From positions 124,001-188,000 of the forward strand of contig DF237067.1 in assembly GCA_000708835.1 (NCBI GenBank): a stretch of DNA of 64,000 nucleotides. The letters run 5' to 3'. This DNA is from Klebsormidium nitens. Taxonomy: Eukaryota; Plantae; Klebsormidiophyceae. The position numbers and the translations under genes were made by a program. Below, piece by piece: positions 23,210-34,558 of this stretch (position 1 is its first letter; the number at the start of each line of letters is the position of its first letter). The notes beneath the pieces were generated by a model. The model saw nothing but the letters and a program-made list of their open reading frames with translations. It had not been told where the DNA came from and did not search any database.

Positions 23210-25929
23210 ATGATCGACCTCAAACCTGCTCAAGGCATGAAGGGGCATGACAATCGCGAGTGAGTGATTGATCACGGCCGAAGGTGAGATTGCGACACAA
23301 TGGCGGACGGTCCCGTTAAGGTTCCCCTCTACTCTCTGCCTTTGCCTGCCTTCAAAGCGGCAATCCATGACAGGATCTGCTCTGCACTGCCTGGACCGGC
23401 TCTTGAAATTACATCTGAAGAGCAGGCTGCATTTTCCTCAGCCCTTGAAAACCTTCACGACTTTCTTAGGGCCAATGTACATGGCCTTGTCTCTCAGTAT
23501 TCGCTTGGGACAAGGGAGGGCTTCCTCTGGAAAGGATCCGTTGCTGAAAGAAGGTTCATTGGTGAGTGTTCAAATTAGGGTTTGCCGAGGGCAAAAAATC
23601 ATGGTGTGTCAGCCAATGAGGTTTCTTCAGGACTTTCATGCGCAGATTGATTGGGAAGCTCGACCAATGTTGTATCAGCGTATGAAGATGGAATCTGGCG
23701 GTCAAGTTGTGATCCAGCTGGTTTCCTTGACAGATACTTCTCTGATCACGGGGGCAGAATGTTTTGACTTGGTGCTGGGATCTGAAAAATGTCTTGAAAG
23801 TTTTAGAATCATCATCTCTCTAGATTCCCCTAATCTTAGCTGGTTCCACAGGAGAATGCGGCGCAGGTTCTGCAAGCCACCGAATGTGATACGAAACGAG
23901 AGAAAATGTGGGTTATCAATGATGGCTAATGAGTGCATCCGGGAGGACTCATACCTTGTGTGTTGATCCTGATCAGCTTAACAAGTTTGCACTCCAACAA
24001 GGATGTAGAGGTATTTAGTACCAACATGACTGGAACTCCAAATTCCTCTTCTTCATGCCCAGTGAGGCCCAAAATAGCTTGAGCCTGAGAGCAAGCTTCC
24101 TACAGCTGCACTTCAAGAAATGCTGCCACTAATCTTCGCAATCGTTTGGCCAACATAAACACAGCAATCGGATCTTATTCCTTCACTTCTTTACACATGC
24201 ACCAGCGTGACATTTCGCCGCTCTCTCCTAAAAGCATCTTCTTTCGGACCTTTCCCAGCGGCTCTCCCCATTCTGGAGGAGAGTGGCCCCAATGGCGCCA
24301 CCCCCAAGAAGCTCACTTCCATGCCCTCCGTCCTCTCCGCCCCTGCCAACATGGAGCGCATGGCTGAGCAAAGCGCACCTGTGGCCGCATATAATCTCGA
24401 CTTTCTCCCTACATTTGGAGTGCCCTCCCCTCCAGCAAGTGGGGGGTCAAGCCCCCTCCACCCACTGAGCCAGACAACCGCAACTGCACAGCATTCAAAT
24501 CTGCGACCGCCCAAGCCAGGGTAGGCCTCTCCTCTTACTGGGCGGTTGATGAAGACTTTGGATGAAGGACTGTTCCTGGCTGCTGATTCGCCTTCAGTTG
24601 TGTCCAGTCTGCAATATCTGGAAGTTGGCGCGGATGCCTTGGTTGAAATGAGCCAGGGAAGTCCTGAAAGTATCAGCTTTCAGGACGTCTGAGCTGAAAA
24701 CCATTTCTGAATGTTGATTCCTCAGCTTTTGACTGCTGAGTTGAGACAGTGCACAAGAGATTCTACTCGTTTTTGTGGACCCAATGATTAAAATCAAAGT
24801 TACCATTGAATATGCACACCTTCTGTTTGTTCGGGAAGAGATTCTTCAACTCTCTGTCTTGGAACAGGTTTCCAAATTTTTGTACTCAACTTGAGAACTC
24901 GTAATCAATCACGTGGTCTTAAGAGTCGCTCTTGACTTAAAACGTATTGAATTTCGTCCAGAACCTTTCGCAGCAGGATTGTCTGTCCAGGCTCTAGCAC
25001 TCTGAGCTTGCTTTCCTTTTCTCATCCAGTACTGGCTCAGCTCTCGACCCCTCAATCCTGTCCACGGACTCTCCTTCGGTTGGGAGAGACAACAACAATC
25101 CCTTCAACTCGCCCACAACAAGAAGCCACGGGTCCAACCCCTTCGACGGGACCCAGGGACAGAATCCGTTTGACTCGCCCCTCCGTGAACCAAGCGCGGC
25201 CCTTCAGCCGATCCTTGATAAGATTCCGGTGAGCTTGTTTGCTGACCTGTCAAAACTGGAAGCTTCTTGACAAGGTAACTGACTTCGACAAATCAGAGTA
25301 CTTTTTCTTCCATCTAAATTTTGCAAGTTGCAAGCTTCTGGGATGGAATCGACCATGCATCAATCTGTTGCAACCTCTCAGCGTTCTACCAGGTGAAAAA
25401 CTGAGAAGCTCCTCATCCCTTCAGCTGCGCTGATAAGCTTAGCTAAAGCCAGTCTGTTGAATAGCATATTAGGATCTACTGCTGACTTGCTTAGCGTTTG
25501 GACGTCGATACGCTTGTACAGAATTTGGTTCAGGAAGTGAACAGCATGTGAATGGGTAGATAGCGACAAATGGACTGCCGTCTTTTTGAGCTCCCAACTA
25601 CGTTTTGATGGGAATCTGGTCGTCTGCAGGACCTTTCCTTCATGCTCTCTGACAAATTGAGCGAGCCAGCTGCCTCGCTTCAAGCTGTGCCTGGAACGGG
25701 TGCAGCTCAACCTAGGACTAGTGTAGATGAATGGGGAGATTTTAGCGGTCAGCCATCAGCCTCTCAAGAAAGAGGGGCGAATCCAGCCATTGCTGCCCCT
25801 GGAACTAGCATTGACGATTGGGGAAACTTCAGCGGTCCACCATCCGGCAATGTAGATTCGACAGCTGCACAGCAGACCGTCGTCAAGCCAAGGGCTAGCC
25901 TCGAAGAGTGGGGAGACTTTAACGGTTGA
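23210..25929 (+). CDS. Putative clathrin/AP-1 accessory protein (aftiphilin/Laa2-like motifs, 3x NPF, 3x acidic WG[DN]F); 5' exon structure unresolved
   Basis: Best-supported 3' exons are 25030-25228 (NNNPF, SNPF, QNPF, ending ILDKIP) and 25630-25929 (DLSFMLSDKL..., DEWGDF, DDWGNF, EEWGDF*), joined in phase 0. Tentative upstream exons: 23210-23259, 23498-23561, 23631-23771, 23852-~23911, ~24002-24061, ~24165/24206-24520, 24868-24900, plus a 5' UTR donor at 23078. Confidence 0.65.
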
Positions 25930-26727
25930 CTCGAAGACAAGCGAACAATATGATCTTGCAGGCATGCCCAAAATGCGTGATTTCAGAACTAGCTGAAACC
26001 CCGCGGGTGAGTCCCTTTTCGGAAAGAACTTGCTGCTAAGTGATGGAGGGGAATGAGGTCTAGAATTCACGAGTCCTATTGTAGCCAAGTGTTACAGGCA
26101 TGGACGCACATAACGGCCACATGGATATACTGCATAGACGGTTTGCGTTTTACGTGAATGGTCGGTTGAATGGTTCGATCTTGAAAGATGCATCCGCACA
26201 TGGTCCCCAAGCTCCGATGAGGTGTTTGAAATCATCATAAGTTCGCATGTACATCATGAATGAGGAGCATTAGTAGGTGTATAGTATACCGTCCACTTGA
26301 GCTAGAGCAGGCTTGATTGAACTCGCACGTGAGCATGCCCCGCCGCCCACTGATGGATTGCTAGATCGATCCTCTCACTAAGGATCTGTTTATTAACGTG
26401 CTTCGAAAATACATATCAGTGCACTGCGCGAACATATGCAGCTGGTATGGCGAAGGGTGATGCTTATGCAGCGCCGCGCGCCGCTGCCGTGAGTTGATTG
26501 CCATACATGCGCGCTACACAATGTCACTACTGGCAGCATACACACCTAATTTCGATCAGCCTGGCCTCTGGGAGCTCTAGATACTGGGAGCTGTCTACTG
26601 GTCCATGTGTTACAAGGGATGAGCTAGCTAGCTCGACGATTAGTGCTTGACAAATTTGACCACAAATGTTAGTGCTCTGGATGCAACGCGCAAGTTCCGC
26701 CATTCTCCAGAGTCTGCGGCCAGTACG

Positions 26728-28267
26728 TCAATCTGCTCTCCCGGTTGACGCTTCCTGCACGAGCTCGTCAAGCTTGAGAAGCTGCTCCACCGTGAACGAG
26801 TCCCAGATCGTCGTCTCGTGAAGCTTTCGTTCAACAACTCGCCTCGTTCGCAAGAGGATCTTGCTCGAATCGGAAGCATGGTCCTTCTCAAGCCACTTGA
26901 GCCACGAAGTCGAGGTCTGATCCGTGATTCGCACTCGTTCTTGAACACGAGCGCACAATCTCTCGAGGCCGCACGCATCGGCCAAGGCAAAGAGGGCCTG
27001 CAGGGCACATCAATCAGGGTCGCTTATCACAATCGTCTGTAATCATGCCGAGTATTATCTACATTAATATAACTGGTAATCTGCGAGAGAAAAGGCCTAG
27101 AACCTTTTTTGAAATCGGTTTCTCCAAAGATCTATTAATCGAACCAGTCATGCCAGCGAAAGATGATGAACAGCCTGGCAAATCGTCCTCAACGTCATTG
27201 ATGCAACTTCCTTCTCCGCTTCCCTCCAACAGTCCTGTCGAATAATTTATATGCTACGATTCAAAATCTAAGCTGATCAATTCAGTCTGTCAAGTAATCC
27301 CTTCGGCCCAACCCAGGATAAAATGAAAAGGTGTTCTGCTGGAAGTTTGAAAGCGCACCTGCCAGATTTCGGCGTTGGACGGCTCGACCTTGTCCAAAGC
27401 CTTGGGATTCCGGTACGCATATTCCAGGAAGACCTGGACCACGTGCTGACTCACTGAGCAAGGTAAATGCAGTTCTAGCTTCCGGTTTAGGTTCCAGCAC
27501 GTTTCGCTGCACCACGTTCCTTTAAGCCTCGCCTCGAAGTAAGGCAGATCGATAAGAATCGCAGAATGTGCCGCCACCTTGGTGCCGTCCTGAGGACACC
27601 AAACACCGGTGTGTGAGCTCAGATATCTTCTCTTGGACGCGCTGAGGATGTGGACCTTGCTTGTACACGAACTTTGAATACGTGAATTCTGTCGCCATTC
27701 AATCCTGCTCGGAACTCTTACCTTTCTTTGAGATGCTTCAGGTATACGAATGGCTCTGAGCATAAAGCAGTCTCGCTTGGCAGATACGCGTACGACTGCA
27801 TGCCTTCGTGCGATTATGATTTTATAACAATCCAAACTTACCTCACAGACAATGTACAAGTCCCCCGTCCTATCCGCGTCTTTCAAAAGCGAAGCCTTTG
27901 ACCTTGGGTTGAATTCGTCCATCAGCGAACCGGAAGACTGTTTCGCGACTTCTTCAGATGCAATCTTGTTCTGAACAACAGCAATGGAAACCGTTAACTA
28001 ATATTCCTCATAGTTTACTGACCGGACTTTCGCAAACCTCAGCTCGATTCCTAAGCTGTCTGAGCTACATAATATCCCTTACTAAGATAGTAACATGTAC
28101 ACGAAAAGAAAGCCACCAGTAGTATTATCCTCTGGCCACACAGACGCTTCCTTATTTTTGGCTTTAGGTCCATGGCCACCCACCTTGTCGATGCAAGCCG
28201 CTGATAGTAGTACATCGTCGTCGGAAGAATCCAAAAGGCTCCCCCCGACGCGGTCACCTCCTTTCAT
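26728..28267 (-). CDS. BTB/POZ-domain protein (~237 aa); start exon uncertain
   Basis: Exons 28267-28184 (tentative), 27970-27842, 27589-27359, 26997-26728 join in phase 0 to give GDLYIVCE|DGTKVAAHSAILIDLPYFEARL...LELHLP..VSQHVVQVFLEYAY...EIWQ|ALFALADACGLERLCARVQ, the typical BTB pattern (D..I....G....AH..IL...YF; FL.Y.Y; LL..AD..GL..L). Confidence 0.8.
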
Positions 28268-30678
28268 GTGTTTGCGACTTGGCAGCTGCAAAAAAATCAT
28301 CTTACATCGTTGAACAATGAGATCTCTTTAAGGGTCATCTACCTTTTACGTCGACTTTAGCTGAGCAATTGGCAGAAGTAGCAAAATCTGCGGAACCTCG
28401 ACTCTCTCCTGTAGCTGTTCAAAAAAAAGGCTAGTAACTTACCGGAGCTGTTACTTGCGAGCGCTTTCTGCTTAAGGCACCAAGGTTTCTTTGCGCTTTG
28501 GAGGAGATAAAGGCGCCTGATCCGAACATACTTGAAAGTGTTCAACCAGGCACGTGCCGGTCAATGTTGAGACTCTGCAGAACGGAGGGGACTTCAGCGT
28601 TTGCTCGAGGTCAATGTAGGCTAAGTCCTATTGACCTGGTTGAAGCGTTCGATTTTTCCAGAGCCGATGACAAATCTAGGTGAATGTACCAATCAGCATG
28701 AAATCTGATTCGCAAGTCTGTGGCTAGCTTCCATGCTGCAATATGCAACATTTCGTTGGCGAAGCAGATGCCAACTTCATTGAGACCATAGGAAAACAAT
28801 CAACGGAAGAATCTGTGCATTGTACTCTCTTTTCTCACTCTTTGTCAAGCCGTGCAGTCCTTGGATCTATGCGGCCAGATATCAGACTCCAAAACGCTCT
28901 GTGACGGGAGGGCCTGCTAAATAAAAGCTGCAGCAGTCTCCTGAAAGAGGGGTGCAGCCTGAGCACAGCGTACCGCTCTAACGCGAACTTGTATCAGTGT
29001 GACAACGCTTTCCTACATTCACAAGTGGTCTCGAGGATTCGGGTTAATGATGAACCTGAAAGTTGTCAACTGTTTGAATCTGACACAGCCAGATCAATCA
29101 GGACAACGCTGTTGTGAGTGTTTGCAAGCGATTTATAGCTGAGCTGATTTACAAGGAGAACGGCGCGTACCCTCTCTTCAGCTTGTGACTATTTCTGATG
29201 ATCAGCACGTACACAATTGCTTGGAAACAGGAAGTACACATGCCAATACACGCATGCGGCTAGCTGCTAGCCTGAACTTGACGGATCTATGACACGGATG
29301 GAAGGTCAGGCTATCTCCGTCAAAAAGTGAGAGCCTCAATAGCCCTGACAACGTGCAATTCTGGCCCGCCGGACCTTGTCTGAAAGCAGTAGCAACGATG
29401 GTAAGTTCGTTGTAAGCGCACGTAAAAGCTAAGCCTTACTTTGGGCAAGAGGACACGAGCAGGCTAAGCTGTAATGCGTCCAGCTTCAAGCGAAGTAAGT
29501 CTCGTCGGCCCTGATTTGGTTGATCAGTTGTTGAAGATTCGATGGCTTTCCTTCCCGTGACATAGCATGATCCAAGCAGGATCCAAGCGCGCAATCATGA
29601 TAACTTGTCCCAGAGCAGGATCCTCAGCCCTGAATCATCAGCTTCGTTCCTAGTTTACAAAGTGCATGCAGCCGTCAAGCCGTCAAGAATGTCTGCTTGA
29701 TGGCATGTTCAAACATCAGAGAAGTAGAGGGACGACAAGATCTGACAGGCACGACTTTTACATGGAAGTGCTCTCATGAGGAACGAGAAAAGATTTTGAC
29801 ATGGTTCAACGACACTCCGCCGGCATCGCTGAGAGTTGCGACCAACATTAGATCCAGAATGCAAACGGGATCCACGTGTCATTTCCTGCCATTGCGCAGG
29901 CACTTTCAGTCCGACCAGTACTTGTTAGGCGTTCATGTCAGCGTGTACATGACTGGCAGGAATTTAATCTTGCCGGAGCTCGACGTCAAGCTCCGTGCAA
30001 AAAGGTTGCGCTGCCGCCCGCCATACTGCATGCTAATTTGATATGAAAGGAAGTCTTCCATGTAGGCTAACAAAAGTGATTGCAGCCTAAAATGCACCTA
30101 GGCCGCCACTTCCATGACATCGCAGAATTAGCACCATGCATCATCATGTGCATGTACAATGCAAGCAGTACGTGAAAGGCAATGCAAGAACAGGTAAAGC
30201 TTCACTAGCTTTTATAGCATACTGCAGTGGCGGCATGTAAGATTTGATGCGCATATATTGGCAGCAACTGGCCGCCGCGTTGCACACGTAAGGTAGCGCA
30301 GCCAGGTAGGGCAGCAGCCATCAGGAACGAGGGATTCAAATGCTTCATGATATATTCGCAGCTTGTCAAGGATCATGCATGAGATGTATCCAAGCATTAA
30401 TGCTACAATGACCCTGTTATGGAGCAAATTATGAGCAGGTCCCCTTAAAGCCACACTACTAATGATTTTCCGAACCCAACAAATCTGGTCTCGTATCATT
30501 GTGCCAATCATGTGCATGGCCACTCAGACAAACTTTTATGTAGGTCTGCACATGTTCGAAGTCCCTAGTTCAAAACTGCAATATGGAAGTTTGTGTATCC
30601 ATCAGCAGCCTGATACGAATGTACACAAAATGAGCACGATAAGCCACCTAATCTTCCTGACAGCAAGTCAAGTCCAAC

Positions 30679-32268
30679 TCACGCAATACTTGGCGCCACA
30701 TCATCGTCAACCACCCCTACCAACTCGAGTGACAGGCCCCAGAGCTTCTTGGCTGCCTCCTCATCATACACGTGCTTTGCATAACCGGGAACCAAAGCCC
30801 CCCAAGTATTTTCGGGCATTGGCTGACTTTCGCTGCAATCTTCAAGGTACTTCCCCCCTTTCCCCTCCCACTCCTTCCCCACTGCCGCCCAAACCGTTGT
30901 AGCCGCACCCTGTTCGGGATTTTTCATCTTCAACTGCACTTCTGGCGTCAGCATCGACTTGAACATAGCCGGGTCCATGTGACGGCCCAACTCTGTCATG
31001 ATACCACCTGGGTGCACCGCTGTTGCGTGCAGCCCTTGTGAACCATAGCGCCTTTCAATCTCGGTCGCCAAGTAGATGTTGGCAGTCTTGGATTGACCGT
31101 ATGCAATGAACGGCTGGTAGCCAACCTTCTTCAAGTCGAGGTCGTCAAAGAGGATTGGAGAGCGGCGGTGCCCGGACGAGGAGAGAGAGACGACCCGGGA
31201 GTTGAAAGTTGGCGTTGATGAGGCCAGAAGGGTGGGCTTGAGGAGCAGGAAGAGCAGGAAGTGGCCCAGGTGGTTTGTGCCAAACTGGGTTTCGAACCCG
31301 TCCTTGGTCTGGCCTTCTGGAGTAGCCATGACTCCTGCAGGGTATGGACATCATGATCAGAAGCAAGAAAGGGCTCACTCACTTACAATTGTTTGCAGAG
31401 ATATGGATAACGCAGTGCCGTCTGCAGGTTGAGCTGTGTGATAGGCAGTCAGCAGTGACAAATGTACCAATTGCAGTGAAACTGGGACGCTAACTCTTGT
31501 TCTCTTTTCCTCCTGGAGTTGCTGATCTCAGGTGATTTGCCAAGGATGATGACCAATCAAAGGTTGGGCCATGCTTCATTTATAGGTTGACACAACTCTG
31601 AATCAATCATTCCCTTCCTTTGACAGTCAAAAGCTGGCAGATCTATCTTTGATGGTACTCTGTAGCTTCAAGTTGCCCCCAACTCACCACCATTGAGGCG
31701 GTCGTTTCTGGTGTCTAGTGGTTTCTATGAGTTTAAACATGACAAACAACCTGGAAGGACGCAGGACATCTCTCAATGCCATCTTCTGATCAACCAGAAG
31801 AAAGGACCAACCAGACAGACTTCTTGTGCTCAGCATCACATAATTGGACATTGGCAGCAGGCACAAGAAATTTTCGAATCTCTTACCAGCATTATTAATA
31901 AGCACATTGAGCTGCTTGCTCTTGCTCAGAAAGTCTGCTGCGCAGTCCCGCACCGACTGCAGCGAGTCCAACTCCAGCTTCAGCAGCTCAATCTTGCCCT
32001 TGCTGCCACTCGTGTCTTGTGCCAGGATGTCTTGAACCACCTTCTCCCCCTTGGCCATGTCTCGAGCAGTCAGATACAAGTGCGCACCAGTGGCGTGCAG
32101 AGCACGCGCCGTCTCAACACCAATCCCAGCCGAGCCCCCGGTGATGAAGATGACCTTGTCCGTCAGTTTGCCAACCAGCCCCTCGTCGTTGATGATGTCC
32201 ATGGCGGTGGGGCGGGCGTCACCAGGCCCATTGGGGTTGACGTGTGCAGCAGCATATTTGGACGACAT
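30679..32268 (-). CDS. Classical short-chain dehydrogenase/reductase (WWOX/retinol dehydrogenase-like, ascomycete-type N-terminus), ~345 aa, 2 exons
   Basis: Exons 32268-31887 and 31334-30679. TGGSAGIG (Rossmann), LINNAG|[26 protein letters not shown] (YxxxK), [25 protein letters not shown]. Confidence 0.92.
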
Positions 32269-32614
32269 GGTGTTGAATCCGGGGACTTGAGAAAGAAAAA
32301 ACCTGGAGATCGTGGATTGAAAGCCTGAGAGGGAACAATTGCACCTCACTTCAATTATGCCCTCAATTGCTTGGCGAATTAAGTGGTTCCTCCGGCGGGC
32401 CTTCCTCCGAGAGTGTTCTTCTTCTTGATGCCAATGGAAGAATGCAAGGATGGTGCGACAACCTGCATATGTATCCTAGAGAACTTGCGGCCACCCAGGA
32501 AGTTTACTTCTCATACTTCAGACCATCTTTTCGGCCAACGTTGCCCCGGGCCCGTAAGTACCTCTAGAAGGAGATGACGTCAGCTATACCAACGATGATG
32601 AGCCTAGAACTCTA

Positions 32615-33326
32615 GTGACGTTGATCTGCGGGATCCCGCTCGATCATCCGGCGGCTGGAAACCTCGAAACCTCCGACGGGCCGTCCACATTCGCGGCCCC
32701 GGCCGCAGGCGCGGGCCCGCCGCCCCGCCCCGCGCCGGCCGCGGTCGATCAAAGTTTGCACACCAGGTGTTTCTCAAAAAGAGGCAGCTGTTTTCTTACG
32801 AGCCCAGGAGAACCCCTCCACGAGATTCTGCATGTTGAACAAGACCGCCTTCTCAAGATGAACGTCAAAAAGATGGAGGAGGTAGGGGGGAGGTAGTGGG
32901 CTCCCAGTGGGCTACCACTGCTCTATCACGGCAACACGCAAGGTTCTGCTAGATCAATACCTGGCAGAGTACTCTGACCCGTGCCTTCAACCGCCGTGCA
33001 GCATCCAAGGCTCCGCTGAAGAAGAGGACGAATTCCCAGATCCGGGGTGGTCCGGAGATCCTCTTTTGCGGTGGGTGTCTGCGGCCCTGGCAGATATGCA
33101 TCAGGATCCCGAGACTTCACCCAACCGAGCTGCCCGCGCCTGGGCCCTCCAGCACCATCTAGCAGCTACGGGGATGTCTTTTGAAGACTTCCGAAAAGAG
33201 CCGATTCCGCGGACGGTCCTTGTGGCCGAAGCGATGGAGCTCTACAAGCCCCCACTGGACCTGTTTATCTACAGTGCCTGCAACGAGATCAAAGAAGCTT
33301 TGTTGATCGGAGGATCTAGGGATTGA
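32615..33326 (+). CDS. Orphan protein-like ORF(s), possibly spliced or frameshifted; function unknown
   Basis: ORF 32886-33326 reads like protein (DPLLRWVSAALADMHQDP..AARAWALQHHL..FEDFRKEP..AEAMELY) but lacks its own early ATG. It can be joined to upstream sequence either by a phase-1 intron from the strong donor at 32554 (GCCC|gtaagt) or by a 1-nt indel in the G6 run at 32885-32890. No homology recognised. Confidence 0.35.
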
Positions 33327-34558
33327 AGTGCAGTATCTCCCCCATGACAGCGAGGATGAAATTGAAGATGAGCAGCCCGCTTCCCTAGTTCTCCCCCCCG
33401 TCCCGTCCCTACCGGCCCAGCCACCAGCCCCCGGTCCCCCCAGAAGGCCCTCCCCAGGCCACCCCACCATAGAACAACCTCGCGCAGATCTGGCCCGGAA
33501 ATGATGATCATACCGGTAGTATCAATGTGCCAGGCCGGGCCGTGTGATGATATAATAATCGCAAGAAGCAGACCACGTTGTAAAAAGGCTAGGCTCTTAT
33601 TCGGATAAGAGGTGGAGGCTTGAGGGCTAGGAACCTTACAAAGCGGTTTTTGCTGTCACAGCCCAAGCGCGCTCGTCATGTAGTAGCTTGCCAGTAGAAG
33701 GCCAAACGTTGAAGAAAGAAATAGTTATGACATCTCACACAATCATAGCTTGTAATCAGGCTTATGCCATCATAAGTCTGTGGCCTAGGTGGCTCCGGCG
33801 TGTAAAAGCTAGAGAACATTGCGCCCACCGCGGCGCTGGCCCTAGGGGCGCTGGGGATCATGTAGGCTGTATCAGTTGTGACCGGTTACCTTATCCTGCG
33901 TGCATGCACGAGCCGGCCCGTGCACTGCCAGGCTAATCGCGCCCACTGCCACAGTGGGCCGGGGGGACGGCTTCGTGTCCTACAGTCATGGCAAGCGCAA
34001 CACATGCCGATCGTCATTTAAAGACGCCTCCATAGTCGCGCAGCCCGAGCATAAAAACTGCAACTGCGAGGCTCCTAATTCATGTGAACCGAACTACGTA
34101 CGTTTGAGCATGTTTACTTCTGGTGGTCCTAACGATCAAACTTGAAAGCATCCACCTCTCATCCTCGGACAAACGTGGTACATCGGATGCTGTACATTAT
34201 GATAATTTCAACTCGGAACACATGAAGGCAATAAAAATAGTCTCGCAGCCAGTACTCATGTACGCCACCTCTGGCTGTGTAGCATTGCCACACTCTCTAG
34301 AGTTGCCACAAACCTGCATAGATCTAGCTTTCCTAGCTTACCCTGTACATAAAACAGCTCAAACTTAAGGACGTACAACCTGTTCGTGACTCAAGATTGG
34401 CGCCGAGGTGAAGCAAAAGCTATCCGAAACAAGGTGCTTATCTATGACTATTTTATTGATCTCTGATCAGAATTCAGGACAATTTGAGCACATTATCGTG
34501 CACCGTTACTTCGCGGGTTAGAGAACCACCCGCGAGCCCACGTTTGGAGAAGAGTTGA

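Noticed and set aside
26160-26190. GGTTCGATC T-loop-like motif suggesting a tRNA or SINE
   Set aside because: No cloverleaf, A box or acceptor stem around it.
29042-29150. C/D-box snoRNA-like arrangement (ATGATGA ... CTGA)
   Set aside because: No terminal stem and no recognisable rRNA-complementary guide; such boxes occur by chance.
29697-30041. 114-aa ORF in the gap between the BTB and SDR genes
   Set aside because: No recognisable motif, no supporting splice pattern and no coding-like composition.
31693-32328. 211-aa plus-strand ORF antisense to SDR exon 1
   Set aside because: Antisense shadow ORF caused by codon bias, a well-known artefact in SDR genes.
32590-32660. C-box-like GATGATGA followed by small palindromes
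   Set aside because: No properly placed CTGA D box.
33941-33959. Perfect 8-bp hairpin gcccactg-cca-cagtgggc
   Set aside because: Isolated and short, expected by chance in 64 kb of GC-rich DNA; no U-tract or repeat context.
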